DNA of 64,000 bases from Octopus sinensis. Lineage: Eukaryota. The DNA is taken from contig NC_042998.1 in the NCBI RefSeq assembly GCF_006345805.1, positions 190,650,001-190,714,000 on the forward strand, given 5' to 3'. Both the position numbers and the translations under genes were made by a program. This document shows, one piece after another, positions 1-12,440 of this stretch (position 1 is its first letter; each line of letters begins with the position of its first letter). The notes under the pieces were generated by a model, which worked only from the letters and a program-made list of their open reading frames with translations, searched no databases and was not told where the DNA came from.

Positions 1-380
1 TACTACCCACAAGGGGCTAAACACAGAGAGGACAAACAAGGACAGACAAACGGATTGAGTCGATTATACCGACCCCAGTGCGTAACTGGTACTTATTTAA
101 TTGACCTCGAAAGGATGAAAGGCAAAGTCGACCTCGGCGGAATTTGAACTCAGAACGTAGCGGCAGACGAAATACCTATTTCTTTACTGCCCACAAGGGG
201 CTAAACACAGAGAGGACAAACAAGGACAGGCAAACAAGGACAGACAAACGGATTAAGTCGATTATATCGACCCTAGTGCGTAACTGGTACTTAATTTATC
301 GACCCCGAAAGGATGAAAGGCAAAGTCGACCTCGGCGGAATTTGAACTCAGAACGCAGCGGCAGACGAAATACCGCTAAA
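1..380 (-). mobile_element. tRNA-derived SINE family A, head-to-tail dimer (cut by window edge, 5'-truncated)
   Basis: Two copies of the ~175-bp body (minus strand GAGTTCAAATTCC B-box, CTTTCATCCTTTCGGGGTCGATAAATTAAGTACCAG core, tail ...GTAAAGAAATA) joined at 176/177. Confidence 0.9.
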
Positions 381-399
381 CATAAAAATATCCTGTCAA

Positions 400-640
400 C
401 ATAAGAGTTTGGATAACGAAGACATTGCATTGTATTGATTTGGAAATTACTTTAAGAGCTCCCTGTAACTCCGTTGTTCTAAACCCTCAACTGTAAAGTT
501 GTGCTTATTTTAGACAAGTGTCCCGCACATTATAAAGCAAAACTCCATGTAAACAACGTTTTGGCATTTACCATCCATCTAACTGCTCCCTATCATTTCT
601 GGCTGTCATTTCGGTAACGCTTAGTTGTAGTGGGATTTAG
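400..640 (+). mobile_element. pogo/Tigger-like DDE transposase remnant
   Basis: 489-530 translates NCKVVLILDKCPAH, matching the pogo/Tigger K(V/I)LLxLDNxxxH motif; upstream VWITKT resembles AWMT; frames broken. Confidence 0.55.
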
Positions 641-744
641 CTCTCTCAGATATATCTTTGCTCCGAGGATAATTTAGAGATTCTTATGCTGGTTCTGACA
701 ATCCAGTTTCTAAATACAACTCGGTTGAAGCGGTTCCTATTAAC

Positions 745-811
745 ACACACACACACGCACGCACGCACGCACTTACGCACGCACGCACGCACACACACAC
801 ACACCACACAC

Positions 812-850
<39 letters not shown>
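745..850. repeat. (CA)n/(CGCA)n microsatellite
   Basis: Direct inspection. Confidence 0.95.
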
Positions 851-851
<1 letters not shown>

Positions 852-1111
852 GTGTACGCACACAAAATACGATGATCTGATGAACTTTGTATCTTTGAAG
901 CTTTTACTCAGGCAAGTCTCCGTCAAATTGGTAATGCAAATATTTAAACCATCATTTTATATGTCGAGTGCTCTTCCTTTCCTTAGTACACACACTCCCA
1001 CACCCGCCCCCACACACGTATGACGGCAAAATTGTCACTAATCCAGTAACGTTACGAATGAATGTCACTCTTCTCTGAAGATTTGACAATGCAGTTTGAT
1101 TATATAATTCA

Positions 1112-1332
1112 TATTCTTTTCTACTCAAGGCACAAGTCTCGAAATTTTTTAAGAGGGTGGTGGCAGTCGATTAGATCGACCTCACTACGCAATTGGCACT
1201 TAATTTATCGACCCTAAAAGGCTGGAAGGCAAAGTTGACCTCGGCGGAATTGGAACTCAGAACGTAAAGAAAGACGAAATACCGCTAAGCATTTCGTCCG
1301 ACGTACTAACGTTTCTGCCTGCTCACCGCCTT
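1112..1332 (-). mobile_element. SINE family A, older subfamily with alternative 3' tail
   Basis: Full head (AAGGCGGTGAGC...), B-box and core; tail ends ...CTTGTGCCTTGAGTAGAAAAGAAT instead of ...GTAAAGAAATA. Confidence 0.85.
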
Positions 1333-1489
1333 ACATGTATGCATATATTGTCATTTGTATGTATATATTATTACCTAGAAGTGTATATCTTGAATGTGTA
1401 TGCATGCATATGAGTGTATATATGTTTGTATATGCCCACACACGCACACACATACATATATATAGGTATTGATGTATGCATCACGGCCC

Positions 1490-1800
1490 AAATGACAAGA
1501 GAAGGTGAATTGATGTGCTTTTCCCAAACCACTCCAGGGTCATCTAAATAATAGAAGCAGTTATGACCAGAAACATGGAAGGTCGCTTCATCAGAGAAAA
1601 TGAGTCGATCAAAAAATCTGGAATCTCTGGTTTCTGCCAACATTCTGTCTGAAAATTTGACATATGTCGAATAATCAATGACATATAGAAATAATCACTG
1701 ACATAATGAAATAATAACAGCATGCATCAAGAAACTACAGAAATAATAGACGCATATAATTGGGACACATAAAGTTGGGGAACTAATTTTGGTCCACTTT

Positions 1801-1803
<3 letters not shown>
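1490..1803 (-). mobile_element. Tc1/mariner relic, rosa/DD41D-like, internally deleted
   Basis: Translation LIFSDEATFHVSGHN...SPSLVIW resembles the FSDEAxFxLxGxVNxxN motif; TA-CAAAGTGGACCAAAA TIR-like end near 1803. Confidence 0.55.
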
Positions 1804-1842
<39 letters not shown>

Positions 1843-2058
1843 TGACATATATAAAGTTGTGTTGGCGTCATTTGGCGTCTATTTTCAGCGAGAGAAGAGG
1901 TATAATGCCAATCCCTTGTCATAATTATATAATTATTATAATATAAATACATACATACATACATATATACATATATACATATATATATACACACACATAC
2001 ACACAGACACACACACAGAGACACAGACACACACACACACACACACACAGAGACACAG

Positions 2059-2089
<31 letters not shown>

Positions 2090-2199
2090 AGTAGTAACAG
2101 AAAGGAGGAATTTCGATTATCCCCACGTGGTGATTTGTAATATATATAAGAAATTAAAAAAGGAAAATACATACACTTTACATAGTTTTAATATGATTT

Positions 2200-3065
2200 T
2201 GAATATATCGACCGGTTTCGCTATCGTTATTCATGATATTATGGTTTACTTACTTGAATATGTATTTTCTTAAGAAGAAATTTTGTCCACATTGTGTGTG
2301 ATGATATTTATGCGTGAATGAATTCACAAGTAGAAAAATAAGGGGAGGTTATCGTTATTATTGTTATTGTTATGGGCAAGCTTTTAATAAGGGAAGGGAA
2401 TATATATGTACAGACAAAAAAAAGGTTTCGAAAAACTTGTTTAGTGAGGTGTTTTAGGTACAGTGATGTAATCGTGAACTGAAATATGTAAAAAGATAAA
2501 AGTTGGCTATGCGTGCATACTAAGACGTATTCTGTATTTTTCAATGAAACAATTTTCTTTATTTAAACATTCTTATGGAGAGATTGTGTCTTTGCACTGG
2601 TAGAAGGGGAAGACTGAAATTTTGTTTGATGTTATCTGCACTTTTTTCTATATGTTCACTGAGAGAAATTTGCCTGTATTGCGGGAAACGGGTTTGCTCT
2701 TTATGTAGAGTGGTTCTCTTTCTCAAGGTCATACTCGTCTGTCCAATATAGTTGTGTCCGCAACCCGAGCAGGTTATTATATAAATTAGGTTTTCAGAAG
2801 CACAAGTGAAACTAGTTTTAATTCTGAACCTCTGTCCTTGTTTGAAAAGGAAATCCATGTCTTCAAGTAGGTTGGGGCAGGTTCCACAGTTTGGGCGTCC
2901 ACATTTTTCAACCGTTGGTTGTGTGGTTGTTTTGTAAAGCTTCGCATTTGTTAATAGTCTCTTTAGCGATTTGTGTTGCTTTTTGCATTTGATGAGTTTG
3001 TGTGTCTTCAGGATGTTGTTCATTTTTGGATCTCTAGTTAGCAAAGGAAGATTTTGCACAATAGT
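2200..3065 (-). mobile_element. Penelope-like element 3' part: Cys-rich linker plus GIY-YIG endonuclease (Neptune-like) and degenerate pLTR
   Basis: ORF 2559-3059: CGRPNCGTC...FTCASENLIYIITCSGCGHNYIGQT...LRKR...H, the PLE GIY-YIG signature with a Cys-rich linker; downstream GAAACCGGTC HHR remnant at 2202-2240. Confidence 0.85.
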
Positions 3066-3099
3066 GTTGAATGCCTCACTGTTTCTGTGGTTGTGTGTT

Positions 3100-3107
3100 G
3101 ATATATA

Positions 3108-3143
<36 letters not shown>

Positions 3144-3440
3144 TGTATGTATGTATGTATGTATGTATGTATGTATGTATATATGTATGTATGTACGTAT
3201 GTATGTATGTATGTATGTATGTGTTTGTTGTTTGTGTCAGTGTTTGTCCCCCACCATCGCTTGACAACCGATGTTGGTGTGTTTACGTCCCCGTCACCTA
3301 GCGGTTCGGCAAAAGAGAGCGATAGAATAAATATTAGGCTTTGAAAGAGTAAGTCCAGGGGTCAATTTATTCGACTAAAGGTAGTGCTCCAGCATGGCCG
3401 CAGTCGAATGACTGAAACAAAAGAATAAAGGAATAAAGGA
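3100..3440 (+). mobile_element. SINE family C (CORE-like), 3' half with expanded internal (TATG)n
   Basis: Matches the 3' half of the full copy at 41970-42365 (CTTGACAACCGATGTTGGTGTG...CAGCATGGCCGCAGTC...GACTGAAACAA). Confidence 0.85.
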
Positions 3441-3491
3441 ATATATATATGTTTGAGTGTGTGTATGTGTGTGCGTATGGCTTAGTGTTCA

Positions 3492-3700
3492 GGCATATAG
3501 CTTAGTGGTTAGAGTGTTGTGCTCACGATTGCGAGATCGTGGGTTCGATTCCCAGACCAGGCGTTGCTCTGCGATCATTTCGATATCTGACATGTGGAAC
3601 CCGTTGCACCTGTGCGGGTAATGTAGATCTGATGGAGGGGTGAGCTTATGTGTACACAAGCATTTGATCACTATAAACAAGTTATCTGCATGGTTCATTA
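3492..3700 (+). mobile_element. tRNA-headed SINE (family B-type head, different body)
   Basis: A-box TAGCTTAGTGG, B-box GGTTCGATTCC; body similar to 11710-11950. Confidence 0.7.
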
Positions 3701-3703
3701 TTT

Positions 3704-3851
3704 ACATTATTTACATTTGACGGATAATTGTCCTCATCTTGTTTGCTGTTAACACACCGTTTCAGCCGATATACCCTCCAGCCTTCATCAGGTGTCTTGG
3801 GGAAATTTCGAACCCGGGTTCTCATTACTAAGGTATTTTTCGCTGTTATCA

Positions 3852-3911
<60 letters not shown>

Positions 3912-3998
3912 TATTATTATTATCATTATTCAGGCCACTGCCTGGAATCGAACACGGAATCTTGGGGTTAGTAGCCCACGCTCTTAACCACTACGCCA
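3704..3998 (-). mobile_element. tRNA-headed SINE-like element with (AAT)n linker and 3' hammerhead-like module
   Basis: Minus strand: TGGCGTAGTGG A-box, GTTCGATTCC B-box, tRNA-Thr(AGU)-like head, (AAT)n, then GACAC-CTGATGA-A-GGCTG..CGGCT-GAAA-CGGT-GTGTT, and an (AATGTAAAT)2 tail. Confidence 0.7.
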
Positions 3999-4097
3999 TG
4001 GGGTCGATTTGTTTCACTAAAACCCCCTGAAAGTGGGGCTCCAGCTTGGTCACAGTCAAATAACTGAAACAGATTAAAGAATAAAAGAATACACCTC

Positions 4098-4182
<85 letters not shown>

Positions 4183-4183
<1 letters not shown>

Positions 4184-4466
4184 GTAATATATGTGACAAT
4201 TATACAGTTGCCATAATAAAAGTCCAAGTTTCGGATGTCGGGGCAGAAATCTGCTCCGGCATCTCGTCAGTTATCAAGACAAACAAAAATGCATTTTTGT
4301 TTGTCTTAATAACTAACGAGATGCCGGAGCAGATTTCCGCCCCGACATCCGAAACTCGGACTTTTATTATGATATCCGAATAATCGTCACATTATATTGC
4401 AGATAAATTCCTCTATTTACATAATATCGAGGTCTCATTTATTCTTTTGTTGTCATACCATTACTA

Positions 4467-4470
<4 letters not shown>
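4183..4470. mobile_element. Inverted duplication (palindrome) of an HHR-bearing PLE pLTR-like module
   Basis: ~80-bp arms around ATGCAT at ~4291 with 4 mismatches; each arm reads CT(G/A)ACGA-GATG...CATC-C-GAAA. Confidence 0.75.
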
Positions 4471-4524
<54 letters not shown>

Positions 4525-4619
4525 ATATATATATGATATATTATATATAAGTACATGCAGATATACATTTATGTATATGTAATGTTGTTTATAGTTATAA
4601 GCAAGTGTTGGCATAATGG

Positions 4620-4930
4620 AAATACTACTCTAATGTTTCGCTCTTGCTGATTTCAATTGATTCCCAGGCAGCGTTTATGTTTTTAACTGTATTGACATCG
4701 CAGGGATCGAATGTTACTGCCCAAGTGTCGAAACCATTATGATATCCGTTTGGCAGCTGATGATGGGCACGTATATTTGATACGCTGGTTTTGAATTTTT
4801 ATGTATTGAGATCTCGTTATTCTCAGTTGTTCTTCATTCTCGTAATGTTGACTGTTTTGGGATCCATGGTTTATGAGCTGCTTTATTTCATGCATAATCG
4901 TATTAGGCTTTGGATAACGTTTAAATAATG
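4620..4930 (-). mobile_element. Degenerate PLE GIY-YIG remnant
   Basis: Minus-strand fragments SAA..., HNGFDTWAV and WESIEI resemble the PLE endonuclease C-terminus; multiple frameshifts. Confidence 0.4.
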
Positions 4931-4957
4931 GTGTCTAGTTTTGGAAGATTGTGTGGC

Positions 4958-5264
<307 letters not shown>

Positions 5265-5544
5265 TTTCTGTGACTCTCTAGCACGTAGGTAGTACGTACG
5301 TTGATTGTACAGGTGAGCAGTAGCCGTTGTAGCAGCAGCAGAATAAGAAACAGAGAACCGGTGTATGATATGGGTAGATAGCAATTTTGGTGACTGGAGG
5401 TTTGTTTCTCATTCAAATAGCCTCAATTTTGGTATACGATTGAAAAAACAAATGTTTGTGCAATACTGACATATGGCAGATTCTGCTTATGGGACCGAAC
5501 ACAGTTGTTTGACTACTAGAGTATGTCTATTGATCCGTTTGAAA

Positions 5545-5936
5545 GAGAGTAAGAGAGATAGAGAGAGAGATAGAGAGAGAGCGAGGAGAGACAGAAAGAC
5601 ACACATTGTGAGAGAGAAAGAGAGAGGGAAAGAGAAAATGAAAGAAGGTGAGAGAGAAACAGAGAGAGAGAGAGAGAGAGGAAAGAGTAAATACAGAAGG
5701 AGTAAACAAAATAAACATGAAAAGAGAGGGAAAGAGAGAGAAAGAGAAAGAAGAGTTGTGTGAGAGAGAGAGAGAGAGAAAGAAGAGTTGTGTGAGAGAG
5801 AGAGAGAGAGAGTGAAAGAAACGTTTGTGAGAGAGAGAGAGTGAAAGAAAAGTTTGTGAGAGAGAGAAAGTGTTGTGAAAGAGATAGAGAGATATTACCG
5901 ATAGCTAGCTACATGTTAGAAGAGACAAACGGTAGC

Positions 5937-5974
<38 letters not shown>

Positions 5975-6050
5975 TGAGAGAGTGAGAGAGAGAGAGTGAG
6001 GTGTGGAAGGCAGAGAGGGAGAGAGAGAGCCATACAAACAAGCAGAAAGA
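5545..6050. repeat. GA-rich low-complexity tract with ~30-bp subrepeats (GAGAGAAAGAAGAGTTGTGT)
   Basis: Direct inspection. Confidence 0.9.
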
Positions 6051-6894
6051 GAACGACAAAGATTCTTAGTAGACGTGTTACTCTACAGATTATTTCTGAC
6101 AAACAATCTATTTTCAAAGTAAATTTCAACTTAATTTAAGACCATGTATCCTCTTGAGGAGTTTGTCTTTGAGCGGAAGCCAACAAACTATAAGTCGAAT
6201 TTTATTGGCAGATAACCAATACAAACAAAAGATCGTTCATTTGTCTAATCTTCTCATTACTGGAACTTTTTAATTAATCACCCAAAGTCAGGGATGAGGT
6301 TTGAGCATGTACGGAAGCCAAATTTCTTAATTGAATTAATATATTCAGTACAGCATCTACAGATTCCACGATCATTAACTTTGCAAGAGAACAGGTTCAA
6401 CTGCCGTGTATACTGATTATTAATAAATTACGCAATTTTCAATGAATTGTCTTAATTTTAATTGTCGTTTGTATAGTCTGATAATGATTCTTTTGATTGG
6501 AAGTATAATTTACATATTAATATTTTGAAGGTTGCGATTTGTCAGAGACATTAGAGCTGCGAATAGAATGATTTTGCGGTATGAGTTCAAATCCCGCCTT
6601 GGTTAACTTTGATATTCATCCTTTCAGAGTTCATAAATAAAGTACTTGTTCGTAGCGGTGTATTAGCGGAATTATTAGAGCACCGCACTATATGATTCGT
6701 GGATACTGCTCCGGTTCTTTGCGCCCGATTTCTAATTCATCCTAAAAACTCCGCAAAATTCTTAGTAACTATAAGGTTATTATTACGAAACACTGAAATG
6801 GTGTCTAATATAATAAAGAGGCTAATGAACTCTCAAAACTAGGAATGTTAGCAATGATGTTAGCAATAATAACGGTGATGACACCAATCATCAT

Positions 6895-7555
6895 CGCCAG
6901 ACTTCACGGTCCATCATGGCATTACGGAGGTCCTGTTGCTGGATGCCTGTATCCCTGGAGATTACATCAGGGTAGGAGAGTGTGCGCCCTCTGGCATTGC
7001 GAGTAGATGGCTTCCAGAGGAGGAGAGTAGAAATTACCTCTTTTTCAGCTCTACAACAATGTCCAGCAAACTGGACTCTCCTACCTTTCACAAGAGATGA
7101 CACAGGTGGTAGTTTCCCATATATTTGCATTTTGGTTGGATGGCGCTTCCACGAGAGATTTTGAGCTCTCATAAGGAGGCGTATGTAAGTTCCATCCAAC
7201 CGCCTCTCAAGCTTCTTTGATAACGTCCAGGTTTCTGAGCCATATAGTAGAATTGGTTCGACTGTGGCTTTGAAGATTTCAAGTTTGAAGTCTCTACTTG
7301 GATTTGATGACCAGATCTTATGCATGTCATTACAGGCTGACCAGGCCATACCCTTTCTAGTTAGAAAATCTTTTCCAGATGATGATATGTATGACCCAAG
7401 ATGATATGTATGACCCCAAGATATTTGTAGTCAGAAACCATATTTAAGGGCGCATTGTTGAGAGTATGGATGATGCAATCATTGTTGGACAGGCACTTGT
7501 TTATATATTCACCAATATGAACGGTGGGTGAAGACAGTAACACTAAAAATGTTAA
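6895..7555 (-). mobile_element. RTE-clade LINE, RT C-terminal fragment
   Basis: DYKYLG...RKGMAWSACN...ATVEPILLYGSETWTL...GHCCR...LLWKP...AMMDREVWR; a 20-bp internal duplication near 7380-7420 breaks the frame. Confidence 0.9.
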
Positions 7556-7699
7556 TTGTGAATGATAGAAGTAATATTTAATGGTAAGCAAAACACCATG
7601 ACGTGGGTTTACAAAGTTCTTTACGTCTGTAAATTTCAATTATCGTTTGTATAGTAGGTGGGGAAATGTTTGGTTTTGGAAGGACTTAGCCAGCTGATA

Positions 7700-7904
7700 A
7701 AAATAAAAATAAAGATAAAAAGATTAAAAAACTGGACTGGGATAGGGCTGGAGATTTTGATTCAGGTGAAGACAGACAAGACAAAATCCTTGACCTAATT
7801 AACGTTCCAAGAGAGCAGCAACTGTAGATGGTTGTGGAAGGTAGAAAGTCTCGATGCTACAACTGTGGAAACACTCATAGGGTCAAGGCTTTCTGCCTCC
7901 GACA

Positions 7905-7936
<32 letters not shown>

Positions 7937-8110
7937 AACAACAACAACAACAACAACAACAACAGCAGAAACAACAACAACAGGAAAAGTATAGGAAGGC
8001 CTCCTCTACTGCCAGCATCACAACTTCAACGCCAGCAAACAACAGTAGAGATCTCAACAGAAACAACTTCAGCAACTTCAACACCTACCCGACTAGAAGC
8101 AGTACCAATA
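7700..8110 (+). mobile_element. LINE ORF1-like zinc-knuckle remnant followed by (GAC)n(CAA)n
   Basis: VVEGRKSRCYNCGNTHRVKAFC resembles a CCHC knuckle of non-LTR ORF1; in-frame stop just upstream. Confidence 0.45.
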
Positions 8111-8121
8111 GCAACAACAGA

Positions 8122-8470
8122 AGGCGCAATGGCCCAATGGTTAGGGCAGCGGACTCGCGGTCGGAGGATCGCGGTTTCGATTCCCAGATCGGGCGTTGTG
8201 TGTGTTTATTGAGCGAAAACACCTAAAGCTCCACGAGGCTCCGGCAGGGGGTGGTGGACACCCCTGTTGTACTCTTTCGCTCCAACTTTCTCTCACTCTT
8301 TCTTCCTGTTTCTTATCCCCGACTTCCTACGCAACCGCTGAGCCTGGATGAGCATTCAGCCATCCGTCAATGCTCTCGGTGTCGGAGATTGACCTGCTTT
8401 CTCTTCTGCGGGTCTTACGAATAGCAAAGGACCACGTTTCGGACTTCTCCCATCTTGTGAGCTCTGGGAC
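8122..8470 (+). mobile_element. SINE family B head with alternative 3' body
   Basis: GGCGCAATGGCCCAATGGTTAGGGCAGCGGACTCGCGG...GGTTTCGATTCC nearly identical to the head at 57343; diverges after ~190 bp. Confidence 0.85.
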
Positions 8471-9599
8471 GAAGACCGTTCGCTCAACAGCAACAGCAAC
8501 AGCGACAGCAACTGAAAGCCCTCAAATAACAACAACAAACAAAAGCACAATGACTCCTAAGACATGTATTTCCCCGTTTGGGATCGTTAGGTGTATTTGC
8601 CTTGTGGCAAAGGGGACGGTGAAGAATCTAAATGGCTAAAAGCTATCAATGCAAAAGAAGAAACAAAAACACACCAACACAAAAAAAAAAACAGGCAGGT
8701 ACGTACAAATGAGGGAGATACTTTCGAATAATAATGCACCAATACCACCCCAGCTACTACACCCGTACTATCAACACCATAATCTCCATTACCTCCTCCA
8801 CTTCTATCACAAACGTCATCAGTACAAGCACAAACCAAGGCACAACAATAGTCAGATCACACTCTAACAAGGTCGAAAAGGTTAATTAACTACACGATCA
8901 TAAACTAATGAAGAACTAATGGACCACATGCACTAACATGCAATCATCATACACGCATTACATTAACTAGTAGCACTCCATTACATAAAAATCATCCAGA
9001 TATCACAACACGTTTAGAGTATCTTAAAAAATAAATATCTCAAAAGAATGGATGGCTTCAGGGGAAATATATATAAAGAAGAGGCTATAAGGAAGGAATG
9101 GAATTGAGGAATTACAACCGTGTTTCGTGGTCTGCTACCACAACAGCTCCTTTATAGGATCCAGATAGCTCAAAACATCATCAGGAGGAACCACGTCCGG
9201 TTTTGGCCCCTACTCCTCTACCGTTTTGACGTGGCACCCCCCCTTTCGGAGGTGTCTTCAGCTCTGGTGTTGGGTGCATGTCTTCTTTCTTCTGTTCCCT
9301 GGCCTCTTCGATGTAGCGTCAGCGAGTGTCAGCCGGTGACTGACTGACTTGTCAAATTTTCCCCTTTAAATACCTGCCGCTATGCTCCAGCAGGCAGCCC
9401 CAGCAAGTTGTCACGTGACACTGTCTCACCTTAACTGACTAGTGAAGGCGCATAGTTTTAGAACTCCTTGTGGAAATCTCCAAATTCTGCTGTGGAGACG
9501 AAATACCTGTCCCTTCATAGGAATAAGGTTAGTGATCCTTTCTCACCTTCCCCCTTCTACTCAGTATGGCCTTACTCAGTTTAGGTATGGACTGGATTT

Positions 9600-10010
9600 C
9601 CTGAATGTGCCACTGTAGATAGGCACAAACAGTATCAATCTACCCAGATCGTATCTCAATAGAGTATTGTGTAGGCTAGTAGATTGGGATAGCATGAGTT
9701 GTCCTCATTCTAAAATCGTCGGCTACACAAACCACCAATTTGTTACTTGTATGGTCGATCTGGAAAGGCTTCGTAGACAGGGACCCGGTTACAGTAAGCT
9801 GAACGCGTTGTTTACGGCGAGCCAAGTTCACAAAGATCGGATTAGCGAATTATCTAAACGAGCTTTGACGGAGGAAATTATCGACAACAAAACAAAAAAT
9901 GGTGGTTTGCATTGCAAAGGGCATTTAGAGTAGACTCGATAGGGTTTAGTAAGAACGTAGAGATAGAGAGAAATAGAGAGGGCATCTTAGAGACTTAGAA
10001 GAGGCACTTA
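9600..10010 (+). mobile_element. L1/Tx1-type LINE remnant: APE endonuclease C-terminus and linker
   Basis: DRVLCR...VGYTNHQFVTC...RQGPGYSKLN matches the xDHxxV...GPGYWKLN motif. Confidence 0.65.
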
Positions 10011-10323
10011 GGAATTGTATCGCAACTGACGTACTAGCGATGAGATTGGCACTCAATAGTTCCTCACCGCGTAGAATGACGGCTGCTTTGTCAGAACTAA
10101 GACTCTTGGGAATGAGGGCTGCATTGTCAGAGCTAAGGTGCGTGCTTTAAGACACAAAGGGGACGTGGTAATCGTCCTAGCTTTCGTACTCTGAGTTCAA
10201 ATCGCACTGAAGTAAAGTTGCGCTTCATCCCGTTTAGCAGAGTTGTGAAAGAGACTTCGAAGTCTCTTTCACCACTCTTGTAAAAGTTTAATGTACTTAC
10301 ACATACATACACACAGCATATAT

Positions 10324-10367
<44 letters not shown>

Positions 10368-10669
10368 AAATAATCACAGAAATCACACAAACATGTTCCA
10401 CAGTTTAGTTCGGTCGGGTTTGATGCATGCGATTACTCGAAGGATCTACTGAGTGAAACTATAGCTCGAACTTACATCAATTTTGTATACGTTGCATTAA
10501 TTTACAATCATACATACATACATACATAATACATACATACATACATACATACATACATACATACGTACATATATACATACATACATATATACATACATAT
10601 AGATCTCCCTCTCACTCTCTTTCTCTCTCTTTATACACGCACACACACATATATATATATATACATACA

Positions 10670-10699
<30 letters not shown>

Positions 10700-10702
<3 letters not shown>

Positions 10703-10885
10703 CTAGTTAATCCAAACATGAAAACACAACACCGCGAGGACGTGGAACAAGTATAGTGTTATTGGACGCTCAGGAAAGGAAAGAAAGAAGGAGAATTCTA
10801 ACGTTTCGAGCAGAGCTCTTCATCAGAAACATAGGAAAAGGAAATATCCAAAGAAGGGAAGACGGAGGAAAAAATCGCCAACAAT
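10700..10885 (-). mobile_element. ~190-bp HHR-bearing PLE pLTR-like unit (family P2) between microsatellites
   Basis: 10796-10830 minus strand: GTTT-CTGATGA-A-GAGC-TCT-GCTC-GAAA-CGTT-AGAA; paralog at 51365-51570. Confidence 0.75.
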
Positions 10886-10899
10886 ACACATGCGGTCAC

Positions 10900-10986
<87 letters not shown>

Positions 10987-11256
10987 CACACACGACTCTT
11001 ACCACTTCTATCATAAATTTGTATTGAGCACATTTTAGTTTCTGTACAACGAGCAGTATTCAGTTTTGTCTTTCTTAAAATGAGTAATTATTGTCTCTTT
11101 GATTCGCTAAATGTTACAAGATCTTAATTGATGGATAAGACAAATGTCTGGCTGAACGGAAGTTAAAAGAAGTTTAAAAGAATTGACTATTGGAGAAAAT
11201 TAAATCAAGACGTTGTAACTTATGTTATACAACTAAAGGAAAACCTACCTCCCTTT

Positions 11257-11303
<47 letters not shown>

Positions 11304-11709
11304 ATATATATACATACCTACGCATGTACTTGTGTGTGTGTGTGTAATCTATTTGTTATTGAGCTATGTAAGTAACTGAAAGTCCTGGAGTTTTATGTCA
11401 AATCATTTGTAAAGTTTGGCAAGTGCTTTGTCATGAAACTTTAGCCTCTTTGAGCCATGAGACTTCGCAGTCTATAAATTATCGATGTTTTGCTTTATAC
11501 GGGTTGTACTTGTAGCCAAAAGGCCCAGCTTTATGAGACATTGTGCCACGCTAATTCATCCAAAGGGTTACATTAAGGCACTCGCAAAAGTAGAATAACG
11601 ATATAAGTACCTTGTTAAATGAGTAATCAGTTTCGATGGTCTAACAGTTGGAACGTTCATAGTCAAAACCGACGGAGATCCATTATTATTTAAGTATTAT
11701 TTCACTTGT

Positions 11710-11950
11710 GAAGGCGCGTGGTCTAGTAGTTAGGGTGTTGCACGCATGATCACAAGCTCATCGTTTCAATTCCCGGACTGAGCGGTGTGGTGGGTTCTTG
11801 AGTAAAGCACTCCATTTCTCGTTGATCTGCGATCATTTCGACACCTGACGTGTGCAGGCAATGACGATTTGACATTAAGCCAACGCATTGTACAAACGTG
11901 TTCATCACTACAAAACAAATCATCCATGCAGATTATTCAGCAAGAAGTTG
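11710..11950 (+). mobile_element. Diverged tRNA-headed SINE
   Basis: GAAGGCGCGTGGTCTAGTAGTTAGG head; body similar to 3492-3700. Confidence 0.6.
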
Positions 11951-12210
11951 CGGAATTATCTTTCTCGGACTCGAGAAATTACCATCAAGTACAAAATTAA
12001 ATTAAATTATTTCACTTGCAAGAACCTCTATAAATAATTTACAATTTAAAATACTGTTTTTTTTTTACCTAGTTAAAACAACTAAATGAATTACAAAGAA
12101 ACACATTAATACATCATCCAGCTATATTAATCGAAACCTGCTCGTCTGCTCGACCTTCTTCGAGAACTTATCTTTCCTTCTATCACAACCACCGCAGCTT
12201 TCTAAATATC

Positions 12211-12440
12211 TATTTCTTTACTACCCACAAGGGGCTAAACACAGAGGAGACAAACAAGGACAGACAAACGGATCAAGTCGATTACAACGACCCCAGTGCG
12301 TAACTGGTACTTAATTTATCAACCCCGAAAGGATGAAAGGCGAAGTCGACCTCGGCGGAATTTGAACTCAGAACGTAGCAGCAGACGAAATATCACTCAG
12401 CATTTTGCCCGGCGTCCTAACGATTCTGCCAGCTCGCCAC
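12211..12440 (-). mobile_element. SINE family A monomer with 13-bp TSD
   Basis: CTTTCTAAATATC at 12198-12210 and 12441-12453. Confidence 0.92.

Noticed and set aside
7828-8226. Poly-Arg/poly-Gln protein
   Set aside because: (GAC)n(CAA)n slippage in a dead ORF1-like remnant that runs into a SINE head.
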